Virus record (IMG/VR): IMGVR_UViG_3300030118_002002
Coordinates: 4,313 to 68,312 of that record
Length of the DNA: 64,000 bases
Direction: 5' to 3' (one strand)
Source of the DNA: a virus
Taxonomy: Duplodnaviria; Caudoviricetes
A model generated the notes under the pieces. It was not told the origin of the DNA and did no database searches. It saw only the letters and a program-made list of their open reading frames with translations. Both the position numbers and the translations under genes were made by a program. Positions 9,516 to 18,841 of this stretch are shown here, in pieces (the first letter of the stretch is position 1; each line of letters begins with the position of its first letter).

Positions 9516-10586
9516 ATGCAATTTCTTGAGTGGCCATCTCAATATATGTCTAGTGCAAGGTATTTTGATACTCCTAGATATCAGATGTTCTTTCTCAAGG
9601 AAGAGAATGAGTTGAACAAATGGATGGGATTGAGATGTATATGTAGAGCAGGATTATTACCAACAAAAAGAAAGTACACAGTTATATCACCACTACCAGA
9701 TTTTGTAGACAATAATTTTCATACTGATATGACTGTAGATGATTGTTGTAGAGATGCAGCAGATCTATGTGTCAAATATGCTGACGGTAGAGCGATAAAT
9801 CTCTTGTGGTCTGGTGGTATTGATAGCACCACTGTATTTTATGCCTTACACAACACAGGTCTTACCATAAATGTACACTGTGATCCTCAGGTAAAGAAGG
9901 AAGCACCATTCATATACAGTAAACTAGAAGATTATAGTAATATGAATGTTATCATGCACCATCACGATAATGCTCAAGACTGTCACCCCTATGAAGCGGG
10001 GATGAGTGTAAGAAAAGGTATACAACCTTTTATAAATGAGGACAATATATTTGTGACAGGTGAGGTTGGTGATCAAATATTTGGCACAGGTAAGATATTT
10101 GCTTTTCCATTAGACAAATGGGATAGAGATTATAGGGAGAGCATACCTGAGAGAATAGATGAACTGACTTATGATACTATGCACTATGCCTTGAACAAAG
10201 AGGGTGTTAGTCTAAAGCAATGGATGTGGGCAGGAAGTTATATGTTCAAATATCAGACAGCAGTAGTCCGTAGCGTCAGATACTATGGTGCTGTAGCATC
10301 TTATGCTCCATATAATAATTGCTTCCACTTCTTTGATACACCTAACTGGAATAGATATGGACACACTAATCAAGATGAGAATAGTTCTTGGCAAAAACCA
10401 AAAGAGTATAAGATGCCACTCAAACAATGGATATACGAACAAAATGGTGATGAATATTATAGAGATAACAAACTAAAGTTCCCATCATCTAACAGAAAGA
10501 GATTATATGACAATGATCTTGATGGTTTGCATGATAATGAGGAGTGGTTTGCACTTCAAAAGTCTGTCTTTGGGGGTAATATGTAG
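9516..10586 (+). CDS. asparagine-synthetase-like N-type ATP pyrophosphatase, paralog 1
   Basis: PP-loop LLWSGGIDST and FVTGEVGDQIFG; no N-terminal Ntn glutaminase domain. Confidence 0.75.
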   Translation: MQFLEWPSQYMSSARYFDTPRYQMFFLKEENELNKWMGLRCICRAGLLPTKRKYTVISPLPDFVDNNFHTDMTVDDCCRDAADLCVKYADGRAINLLWSGGIDSTTVFYALHNTGLTINVHCDPQVKKEAPFIYSKLEDYSNMNVIMHHHDNAQDCHPYEAGMSVRKGIQPFINEDNIFVTGEVGDQIFGTGKIFAFPLDKWDRDYRESIPERIDELTYDTMHYALNKEGVSLKQWMWAGSYMFKYQTAVVRSVRYYGAVASYAPYNNCFHFFDTPNWNRYGHTNQDENSSWQKPKEYKMPLKQWIYEQNGDEYYRDNKLKFPSSNRKRLYDNDLDGLHDNEEWFALQKSVFGGNM

Positions 10587-11791
10587 TGGGATACACAGAA
10601 TGGGATGAAAATATATTAGAGTCTATGCATCCAGACCGTAACAACCATTCATGGTCTGAAGATGGTAGTCTTGAACCTCCTTATGATTATAAATGGAGCA
10701 CTGAATATATGCCTAGGAAATTGAGAAACATCAATAATGATAAGTGGAAGAGTTATAGAGGTAAATTTAATCACAAAGAAGAGGCACTCAACTTATACTT
10801 TGGTAATAGATGCATATGTAGAAGAGGTAAAATTCAAACCAAGCAAAAATACAAAATAATATCACCACTACCAACCAATCTACACACTGACATGTCACTT
10901 GATAATGTGTGTGAGGATTCTGTCAACCTCATTAATGATAATTCTAAGGGTAGAAAGATAAACCTATTGTGGTCTGGTGGTATTGACAGCACTGTTGCTC
11001 TATATGCTTTTGCTAGAACAGACATACCCATCAATGTGCATTACGATGTTTCAGCAAAGCAGGAGTGTCCAACAGGATGGGATGCTTTGGAGTCAGGTAG
11101 ATATAGTAACATAACTGCTATCAATCATGGATACGTCAACGAGAGATTTGCTCTAAGAACTCCTTTGGTTCCATATGCAAAAGATACTGGTAATATATTT
11201 GTTACAGGTGAGATAGGAGACAATATAATGGGTTCAGCAAGAGTATTTTTATACCCAAAAGAAGTTAGAAATGATCATTTCAATAAGGTAGTGCCTGAAT
11301 GGGTTACAAAGATACTACATCAGTCACTAATGTGTGTTTTGAATAAGAAAGATGTTAGTCTAAAACAATGGACTTGGGCATGGGCATTCATGGTCAAGTA
11401 TCAATACTGTCAGGTTAGATGTCATGAGCAATATAATATAGCACCTTATCCACCACTCAGTAATGCGTTTCACTTCTTCGATACACCTAACTTTCAGAGG
11501 TGGGCGGTCACAAATCAGGACGAGATAAACAGTTGGCAAGAAATACCTGAGTACAAAATGACATTGAAGCAGTTTATATACGAACAAAATGGTGATAAGG
11601 AATGGAGGGATAACAAACTAAAGACCCCATCATCTAATAGACGTAGGGTACAAGGAGGATTCAATTTTGAAGATCAAGTAACTGGACTTGAATTGAATAA
11701 ACAATATATAAAAGTGATAAAGAGAACCTTTGGATCAAATACTCCAGACGTAGAGGGTTTGTCCGAAAAAGAAAGAAGAGCAATGTACTAA
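10586..11791 (+). CDS. asparagine-synthetase-like N-type ATP pyrophosphatase, paralog 2
   Basis: LLWSGGIDST, FVTGEIGDNIMG; collinear similarity to the upstream gene. Confidence 0.75.
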   Translation: MGYTEWDENILESMHPDRNNHSWSEDGSLEPPYDYKWSTEYMPRKLRNINNDKWKSYRGKFNHKEEALNLYFGNRCICRRGKIQTKQKYKIISPLPTNLHTDMSLDNVCEDSVNLINDNSKGRKINLLWSGGIDSTVALYAFARTDIPINVHYDVSAKQECPTGWDALESGRYSNITAINHGYVNERFALRTPLVPYAKDTGNIFVTGEIGDNIMGSARVFLYPKEVRNDHFNKVVPEWVTKILHQSLMCVLNKKDVSLKQWTWAWAFMVKYQYCQVRCHEQYNIAPYPPLSNAFHFFDTPNFQRWAVTNQDEINSWQEIPEYKMTLKQFIYEQNGDKEWRDNKLKTPSSNRRRVQGGFNFEDQVTGLELNKQYIKVIKRTFGSNTPDVEGLSEKERRAMY

Positions 11792-12612
11792 TGATAGACA
11801 GAGGTAAACAATTTGAATTTGCTGTAATGAAATCTGCTTATAGTAGGTTAAAAGAACCTAGTCTTACTAAGCAATCCATGCTGAACTATTTCAATGGTCA
11901 ACCCATAGAGTCTGCTATTCAAAATGCAGCAGATAAAATGGTAGATAGGATAGGTGGGAGTAGAAATACTATTTTAGGTAATGATAGATTCTATGATTCT
12001 TTTATATTGATGGGTGGACAAAGACCTGAACCAAAAACAGATATCATATTCAGAAAAAGTGGTGTCAAACATAGATGCTCTCTAAAATATGGTGGTAGAT
12101 TTCAATTATCTTCTGCTGGTATAGAGAGTTCTATAAAGGTGATGACTGGTGTGCTAACAAAAGTATCTTTTAGTGGTGGTCTTGGTGGATTAGAAGTAAA
12201 GAGAGTAGCCTCAGTTCTTTCAGAACTATCAGAAATATTTCAAGGACCTAAAAGACAAGAGAAACCTATAATGGATAGACTTATGAGAGAAGCAAAAAAG
12301 GAGGGTGGTATAAATGAAAGACTGCAAGATATCTTAGGATCAAGAAAACTGCCACAGGGGTCAAAAGTATATCAAGCATTCAAGGAGGAGTTAGTCAGGG
12401 AGGCATTGACAGGTAGGATTGCATTTGGTGCCAACAATGACAAGACTGCTAACTTTATATTGACTGATAAGTATCTACGTAGGATAGATGCTACACTTGT
12501 AAGAGAGGTCACATCAAAGACTCATGTAGATATTCGACCCAAAGGTCGAGGAATAACTAAGGAGGGTATTAAATTAAATGAAGCAGTCGTCCGAATTGAA
12601 TCAATTGATTGA
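11791..12612 (+). CDS. putative PD-(D/E)XK-like endonuclease
   Basis: G.QFE ... PKTDII ... RCSLK pattern. Confidence 0.5.
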   Translation: MIDRGKQFEFAVMKSAYSRLKEPSLTKQSMLNYFNGQPIESAIQNAADKMVDRIGGSRNTILGNDRFYDSFILMGGQRPEPKTDIIFRKSGVKHRCSLKYGGRFQLSSAGIESSIKVMTGVLTKVSFSGGLGGLEVKRVASVLSELSEIFQGPKRQEKPIMDRLMREAKKEGGINERLQDILGSRKLPQGSKVYQAFKEELVREALTGRIAFGANNDKTANFILTDKYLRRIDATLVREVTSKTHVDIRPKGRGITKEGIKLNEAVVRIESID

Positions 12613-12799
12613 TGAGTTAATCGAAGTCTATAAGACACAGAAGTCTCGTCGAAAGCAAATCATGGTTAAGGAAGTTGAAGACTTCCAACGTTTTTTCTAT
12701 GCTATAACTGGAGCCATAGATAAATATAAGCAAATGCAATATGTTGGACTGCATTATATTGAATCCAACAAAAAATCAATCTACGAAAAATTGAAGTGA
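12578..12799 (+). CDS. hypothetical protein
   Basis: 73 aa ORF overlapping both neighbours. Confidence 0.65.
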   Translation: MKQSSELNQLIDELIEVYKTQKSRRKQIMVKEVEDFQRFFYAITGAIDKYKQMQYVGLHYIESNKKSIYEKLK

Positions 12800-13695
12800 A
12801 ACAGTTCACACAATTCATAACCGAAGCAAGAACCACTAAGGCATCGCAAGAAGCGAAGCGTTTGGGTCTTGTTGGTGATGGTCATGGAGACTGGTATGAC
12901 AGACAAGGAAACCTGAAGGCAAAGACTGTCAAGGGTGAACTTAAGATGTTCAGTGGTCAAGGCAGTGGTGATGATGAGATGGGCACTGCTGGATCAAGTG
13001 CAGCAGCAACAGTTGCTAAACGTGGTTCTGGTGATGACGGACCTTCACTTGCAAGTAAAGTTGCAGCGAGGTCAGTACAAACAGCACAACCTAATCCAAA
13101 CTCTGCCAATGGACAGGCAAAGGCAGCACTACAGAATGTCAGTAGAGAGAACCCACTTACGATTGCGTTCGATAAATTTGACAAAGATGATGTCACCGAC
13201 AATATACTTGCTACAGTGGAGGAAGTATCAGGTGGCGAATACTTCTACATATTCCCAAGTAGAGACACTGAAATTGAGGAACTAAAAAATGCATATCCTA
13301 AGATTAGCGAGTCCATCGTTGACGATGCAAACGCAGAAACAATCTATGACGTCTTACAATCACTCTATGAAAATGGATTTGACGCAATTAATATCGTTGT
13401 ACGACAATCCAGAGCCAAAGAAATCTCAGAGCTAGCATTGAAAGCAAACGGTCAACTCTACAATTATATTATGATGAACGTCATACCTGTAGATGAACGT
13501 ACTATAAGAGAGCAATATTTGGCAGGAGATATATTCAAAAATGGTTCAATGATTGAGTCACACAGTAGAGTGGGACAGATCTTTAGACGTGGTGCTAACC
13601 ATCTAATTTGTGTTGATGAGAATAAAGAAATTTTTAGAGCATGGATATCAGAGGCAAAAGAAGTAGACAAACTATTCCTGCCACTTGATTTTTGA
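12796..13695 (+). CDS. cyanophage cytidyltransferase-like protein with degenerate active site; probable internal head protein
   Basis: N-terminus MKQFTQFITE resembles the T4 capsid-targeting peptide; GLVGDGHGDWYD and RE.YLAG.IF family blocks; HIGH region reads AFDKFDKDDVT. Confidence 0.6.
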   Translation: MKQFTQFITEARTTKASQEAKRLGLVGDGHGDWYDRQGNLKAKTVKGELKMFSGQGSGDDEMGTAGSSAAATVAKRGSGDDGPSLASKVAARSVQTAQPNPNSANGQAKAALQNVSRENPLTIAFDKFDKDDVTDNILATVEEVSGGEYFYIFPSRDTEIEELKNAYPKISESIVDDANAETIYDVLQSLYENGFDAINIVVRQSRAKEISELALKANGQLYNYIMMNVIPVDERTIREQYLAGDIFKNGSMIESHSRVGQIFRRGANHLICVDENKEIFRAWISEAKEVDKLFLPLDF

Positions 13696-13701
13696 TAAAT
13701 A
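13694..13701 (+). promoter_or_regulatory. late promoter candidate
   Basis: GATAAATA upstream of ATG 13725. Confidence 0.55.
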
Positions 13702-13724
13702 ATACGATAAGACTTAGGAAAGAA

Positions 13725-14597
13725 ATGAGTAATCCCTTTACACAAGTATACGATGATCTAAGATCACCTTATTTGCAAGAGAAGAAAGCAAAGAAAGATT
13801 ATGATGGTGATGGTAAGATTGAAAGTGGTTCTAAAGAACATGCTGGTGTAGTTCATAATGCTATACAGAAGAAGAAGGGTGGCACACCAGATGGTAAGGA
13901 TACTCGTACCGAGGGTAAAGACTATGGACTTTACAAAGGGGATGGTAAAGTAAAGATCGGTCAGAAAGAAGAGAAGAAACCACCAAGAACTGCTAAAGGT
14001 GCTATGGCATATGATGGTCCTAACAAGGCAGCATCTGAAGCAAGAGATAGAATCATCGCTAAGACTAAGGCAAAGAGAGCGAAGTTAAAGAAGGAAGACT
14101 GGAGAGCAGACTTAGGGTTTGAAATAGTTGAGCATCATCAAAAGGATGAAGATGGTAATGTCCTTGAGCATGAAAATGAAGCAGATGGAACACCTAGTTC
14201 TGTAGAGGAAGCAGTAAAGGGAGAGAAGTTAGACATCAAGACAACAGGTGTAAAGAACAAGGTCGAGATCAATCCTGAGATGAAGACTGAGGCAAGAGAT
14301 AGATTACTAGAGAAGATGTCTCAAGCAAGTAAGAATGTAGGGACTACCAAGTGTTGGTCAGGTTATAAGAGAGCAGGGACACAAATGAAGAAGGGAAAGG
14401 TTGTTCCCAAGTGTGAAAAAGAAGAGACTATCGTAGAGAAAAGGGGTCTCTGGGACAATGTCCATGCTAGACGTAAGGCAGGAAAACCAAAGAGAAAGCC
14501 TGGTGATAAGAATTATCCAAAGACATTGGACGTTGAGTCTTATACCATGCTTGATAAGGTAGAGGACGAAGCACTCAAATTGTTCAATGCTAAATGA
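13725..14597 (+). CDS. Lys-rich modular protein, putative internal head polyprotein
   Basis: Short basic modules (KDYDGDGKIESG, HHQKDEDG, KCWSGYK...PKC, GLWDNVHARR) separated by hydrophobic-x-E sites. Confidence 0.65.
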   Translation: MSNPFTQVYDDLRSPYLQEKKAKKDYDGDGKIESGSKEHAGVVHNAIQKKKGGTPDGKDTRTEGKDYGLYKGDGKVKIGQKEEKKPPRTAKGAMAYDGPNKAASEARDRIIAKTKAKRAKLKKEDWRADLGFEIVEHHQKDEDGNVLEHENEADGTPSSVEEAVKGEKLDIKTTGVKNKVEINPEMKTEARDRLLEKMSQASKNVGTTKCWSGYKRAGTQMKKGKVVPKCEKEETIVEKRGLWDNVHARRKAGKPKRKPGDKNYPKTLDVESYTMLDKVEDEALKLFNAK

Positions 14598-17415
14598 AAA
14601 AGCAGTCTCCCGAAAACAACAAAGATTCTTCGGGATGGTTAGAGCGGCTCAGAAAGGTGAGGCGAAAGCTACCTCACCTGAGGTTGCCAGAACTGCTGCC
14701 AGCATAAAGATAAAAGATGCAAAAAAATTTGCATCAACCAAACATAAAGGACTACCTGAAAAGAAAATGAAAAAGGAATCTGTAAGTGAAGACGCTAAAA
14801 TGAGGAGGCAGAGTGATGAGAAACTCGCTGCTGCTCATAAGAAGTTTAGTAGTATGGATCAGAGTCCTGCTAACTCTTTCATGAAGAAAAGAATAGAGAA
14901 GGAAATCAATAGAAGAAAGAAGACTGTAAAAGAAGCTGCAGAACTAAAGAAAGCGAAGATAAATTATAAGACCACTAAGAAAGGTGGTAAGACAACTTAT
15001 CATGTCAATAAAAATGATGAGGCAGATGCACAAAAAGCAATGAAGAATGATCCAAAATATATTCTTGGTAAGACTAGAGTGAAACCTGTAAAGGAAGATA
15101 AGGAAGCGTATCATACCATGTCTACTAAAGAGTTCAACAAAACTCACAGAGATTTCAAGAGTGGTTCAAAGAAGAAGGGTAATGCAAGAGTAACAAAGGG
15201 AGTCACTAATCCATCAGGTACTACTACACCTGTGTCCAGACGTGTAAAGTTTTCTGACGAGTACATATATGAATTAGACTTGAAGAAAATAGGTAAGAAG
15301 ATAGTCAATAAAGCAAAAGAGGTCTGGAACAGACCTATCATGAAGGATTATCCTACAAAAAAACAGTGGACTGATGCAGTAAAATCTGGAACAAGTCATC
15401 AGTATGAAGGTGCATTCACTACTGGTGCAGCATTGACTGCTGCTGGTCTTGCTGCATGGAAGTTTTCTCAGGGTATGAGGGCAAGAAACCAGATGAAGAA
15501 GTCCATTGACACACCTGGCACTAGACTCAATAACATAAAGAAAGCAACCGATCAGAAGAATAAACTTCTTCAGCAATTGAATCAATCACACGAACCAGAA
15601 GGTAATGTGATATCTGAAAAACCTGGTGATGGTTATCTAGGTCCTACAGTGGGTAAGATAGGTATACCTAATCCAATAAGAATAGCAAAAGATGCTGTAG
15701 ATCAAACTAACAGAGCTAATCTTAAGAAAGTAAACACTATCAATAAAATAAGTCCTGGTAGTGCTTCTATGCCTAAATTCAAGCAATTCAATAAGGATAC
15801 CAGTGCTGCATACAAAAATTTATTCCAAAGTTACGAACCACAAGGTGATGTGGTAGAGGAAGGGTTCTATCAAAAAAGATATGCGGGTGTTGGTAAAGGT
15901 TATGAAACTGTGGGTAAAAATAAGAGGATGGATAAGTCAAATAAAAGATCTGGTGATAGTAAGAAGCAGTACAGAGAACTACATCAGGATCTAGCGAAGA
16001 TAAAAAAGGAAGAGACTATTGTAGAGAAGAAAAAGATGGTCAAGATCAAGGTTACCAGACCTATCAAGACTAAGGTTACTGATGTAGGAGCTGGTGGTAA
16101 GGAGTATGTTAGAAAGGATTGGAGTGAAGAGAATCTAACTGAGATAAAGTTTAGTTTTAGAAAGACATCTAAACCTAAGACAGAAAAGAAACCACAGAAA
16201 GCACAAGACGCTGGTGCTAGAGGTAGAAGACTTCTTCAACGCAGAGAATATGCTCGCACAATTTCTGGTAGCGAGGACAGAGTTCCTGATGATCTAAGAG
16301 ATAGTGTTCAGTATGAGGAGTCATGTGGTAATGGTGAGTACTATTGTCACGATGAGCAGAAGTGCAAACCCATACCTGAGGGACACAAGGTAGAGAAAGG
16401 TGGCAACCTTGTCAAAGAAACATCAGTAGCATTAAAGTTTGGAACAAGTGGAACAGATCTTAGTATTGGTGGTACATCTGTAAGAAATACAATCAAGAAT
16501 GTAAAGACAGGAGTAACTGCTGTCAAGAACATCAAAAAAGATGGTCTCGTAAAAGGTCTTAAGAATACTTTCACTAAAACTAAGACAGAAAAACCATCCA
16601 TAGCAAGTAACATTGACAATGCAATCAAGAACTTCAAGAAGGAAGATACTCAACACTTGCAGAATATAAAGAATGCAATCAAGACAAAGACTATGAATGG
16701 TAAACCACTAACTGATAAGCAGATAGAGGGTTTGAAAGCTGGTCTTACACAGGGAAACTGGAGACAAGATGGTAGTAAACGAGGAATGGAAGAGGGTGCT
16801 GCATGGACTAAGAAAGCGGGTAAGAATAAATCTGGTGGACTAAACGAGAAGGGTCGTAAGTCTTATGAACGTGAGAATCCTGGCTCAGATTTGAAAGCAC
16901 CTAGTAAAAAGAAAGGTAACAAGAGAAGAGCATCATTCTGTGCAAGGATGAGTGGTATGAAGAAGAAGTTGACCTCTAAGAAGACTGCAAATGATCCTAA
17001 TTCTAGAATCAACAAGTCTCTCAGAGCATGGAACTGTGAGTATGAACCTGAAACACCTATGCTACCTGAAGCAACTCGTCTAAAGAAAGAGAAGGGTTAT
17101 GATAAAGGTGGTACTAAGAAACCTACAGGTGGTAAGAACAAGGACGAGGCACTAAACGCAGTTCTATCAAACATCAGAGCTAAGCATGGCAAGGGTGCTA
17201 TCATGAGGAAGGGTAGTAATCAGCAAAAGAAAGTGAAGGGTCAGAAATCTACATCTGGTACAGGAAAGTATCTTGCCAAACATAAGGAGAAGCAACAACT
17301 CAAGAAAGATGCTAAAGAGATGGGTTATGGTAAGGATACAAAAGGATATGTAGAGACAAGAGCAAGGTATGGTAGTAAGGAGAACATGAAATCTGGTAAG
17401 GGATTGGGTACTTAA
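14587..17415 (+). CDS. 942 aa Lys-rich modular protein, putative internal head polyprotein
   Basis: About 15 basic modules delimited by hydrophobic-x-E linkers; includes KAVSRKQQRFFGMV and GAAWTKKAGKNKSGGLN...RRASFCARM...SLRAWNC modules. Confidence 0.7.
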   Translation: MLNEKAVSRKQQRFFGMVRAAQKGEAKATSPEVARTAASIKIKDAKKFASTKHKGLPEKKMKKESVSEDAKMRRQSDEKLAAAHKKFSSMDQSPANSFMKKRIEKEINRRKKTVKEAAELKKAKINYKTTKKGGKTTYHVNKNDEADAQKAMKNDPKYILGKTRVKPVKEDKEAYHTMSTKEFNKTHRDFKSGSKKKGNARVTKGVTNPSGTTTPVSRRVKFSDEYIYELDLKKIGKKIVNKAKEVWNRPIMKDYPTKKQWTDAVKSGTSHQYEGAFTTGAALTAAGLAAWKFSQGMRARNQMKKSIDTPGTRLNNIKKATDQKNKLLQQLNQSHEPEGNVISEKPGDGYLGPTVGKIGIPNPIRIAKDAVDQTNRANLKKVNTINKISPGSASMPKFKQFNKDTSAAYKNLFQSYEPQGDVVEEGFYQKRYAGVGKGYETVGKNKRMDKSNKRSGDSKKQYRELHQDLAKIKKEETIVEKKKMVKIKVTRPIKTKVTDVGAGGKEYVRKDWSEENLTEIKFSFRKTSKPKTEKKPQKAQDAGARGRRLLQRREYARTISGSEDRVPDDLRDSVQYEESCGNGEYYCHDEQKCKPIPEGHKVEKGGNLVKETSVALKFGTSGTDLSIGGTSVRNTIKNVKTGVTAVKNIKKDGLVKGLKNTFTKTKTEKPSIASNIDNAIKNFKKEDTQHLQNIKNAIKTKTMNGKPLTDKQIEGLKAGLTQGNWRQDGSKRGMEEGAAWTKKAGKNKSGGLNEKGRKSYERENPGSDLKAPSKKKGNKRRASFCARMSGMKKKLTSKKTANDPNSRINKSLRAWNCEYEPETPMLPEATRLKKEKGYDKGGTKKPTGGKNKDEALNAVLSNIRAKHGKGAIMRKGSNQQKKVKGQKSTSGTGKYLAKHKEKQQLKKDAKEMGYGKDTKGYVETRARYGSKENMKSGKGLGT

Positions 17416-17453
17416 AGTAATATCCTATATAATATGAAGTTTAATGGATTATT

Positions 17454-17651
17454 ATGTTTGGATTTCTACTACCATTTGCTACAAAAATCATCACTGATGC
17501 TGTAGACAAGATACCTGACAACGAGGAGTTGGGTGAAAAACTAATAGAGGTTTGTCTAATCATTCTAGGTAAAGCAGTAAAGCTTACAAAGACTGACATG
17601 GACGATAGACTACTTGAAACAGTAGCTAAGGCAATCAAAGCCAAAGGATAA
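17454..17651 (+). CDS. hypothetical protein
   Basis: 65 aa amphipathic ORF containing KLTKTDMDD. Confidence 0.7.
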   Translation: MFGFLLPFATKIITDAVDKIPDNEELGEKLIEVCLIILGKAVKLTKTDMDDRLLETVAKAIKAKG

Positions 17652-17654
17652 ATA
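17647..17654 (+). promoter_or_regulatory. late promoter candidate
   Basis: GATAAATA upstream of ATG 17684. Confidence 0.55.
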
Positions 17655-17683
17655 GTAAAACGTAAAACAAGGAAAAGAACGAC

Positions 17684-18253
17684 ATGGCACTCTGGGGAGC
17701 ATCAGATTCTGATGAATCTAAGCCAAAGAACTTGACAACTGCTGAGAAGAAAGAAGTCTTTGCTAACGCTAGTGGTTGGGTAAGAGAAGCTGGTTCAGCA
17801 CTTAGTGGTAATGACAACACTGACGCTGATCCTGAACTCTTAGTCGCTATTAGTGGACTAGCGGTATCACTAGGTGCTGCTGACATCACTGAGATTGAAT
17901 TTATATCTACAGCGTTTGACAAGTCTGCTGGTGGTGTACTACAAGTTAGAGTCAGATTCAATGAGGCAGTTGACGTAACTGGAACTCCTCAGTTGACTAT
18001 CACTAACGATACAGTATCAAGAAACGTTACCGCTTCATACTCTAGTGGTACAACTACTAATGAATTAATCTTTAGTAAGACCATTGGTGCAGCTGCTAAC
18101 GACACTAATGCTGGCGATGTACTATCAATTGGAGCAAACGCTGTAGGACTAAACGGTGGAACAATTAAGGATACAGGCACTAACACAGCGTCTACTATCA
18201 CTAATTCTGCTGCTATCGGTACTGCTGCTGGATCTATAACAGTTGTAGCCTAA
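17684..18253 (+). CDS. putative virion structural protein with Ig-like beta domain
   Basis: MALWG N-terminus; FNEAVDVTGTP, YSSG..TNEL.F, LNGGTIKD pattern; Ala/Thr/Gly-rich. Confidence 0.65.
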   Translation: MALWGASDSDESKPKNLTTAEKKEVFANASGWVREAGSALSGNDNTDADPELLVAISGLAVSLGAADITEIEFISTAFDKSAGGVLQVRVRFNEAVDVTGTPQLTITNDTVSRNVTASYSSGTTTNELIFSKTIGAAANDTNAGDVLSIGANAVGLNGGTIKDTGTNTASTITNSAAIGTAAGSITVVA

Positions 18254-18269
18254 AAGGCAATGAATCTAA

Positions 18270-18641
18270 ATGAAATTTGATGAACTAAATGATGACAATT
18301 ATGTGCTATTTGCTATAAAACATTATGAAAATCCTCATGCTGCCACTATGGAAGACTTTGAGGAGGACTTAAAAAGATTCAAGTATATCAAAAGGTTGAT
18401 GAAGAAATATGTAGTATCAGGAGAACTAAAGCATCACCTGATACTCAACCATATGATTATTTGTTTTAATGTATTTGGCGAAGGTGCAATACCGTTATTC
18501 TTCTACAAGATTGATAAAGAGTATTGGTCTCTTATCAAAACATTTTTGATATTCTTAAACCGAATACCAGATTTTCCTAAGTCTGGTCTAGATACCATAG
18601 AAATGCACAAGGAAGCATACGTTATTCTGAATTCTATCTAA
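18270..18641 (+). CDS. conserved T4-like phage hypothetical protein
   Basis: FAIKHYENP...EDLKRFKYIKRL...LILNH.I...NVFG. Confidence 0.8.
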   Translation: MKFDELNDDNYVLFAIKHYENPHAATMEDFEEDLKRFKYIKRLMKKYVVSGELKHHLILNHMIICFNVFGEGAIPLFFYKIDKEYWSLIKTFLIFLNRIPDFPKSGLDTIEMHKEAYVILNSI

Positions 18642-18841
18642 TGAAGGATTGGAAAACCATAAGAGAAGAGATGATGACTACCGATCCTGGTAATACTGGG
18701 AAGGCAGGATTCTCATCGAAAGCAGATGACGAAGGTCCTGTGGCAGGGTATGACAAAGGTATGAAACCAAAGAAGAAGAAGAAATATGCAACTGCTGGTC
18801 ATGGATCACGTAGAAGATGGATGAACAGTGGACCCAAATAA
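18641..18841 (+). CDS. small basic hypothetical protein, possible internal head peptide
   Basis: MKDWKTIREE leader; GPVAGYD block; basic tail. Confidence 0.65.
   Translation: MKDWKTIREEMMTTDPGNTGKAGFSSKADDEGPVAGYDKGMKPKKKKKYATAGHGSRRRWMNSGPK

Noticed and set aside
9516-11791. Lasso peptide cluster or QueC (7-deazaguanine) assignment for the PP-loop pair
   Set aside because: No lasso peptidase/RRE gene or precursor nearby, and no QueC C-terminal zinc motif or folE/queD/queE neighbours in the window
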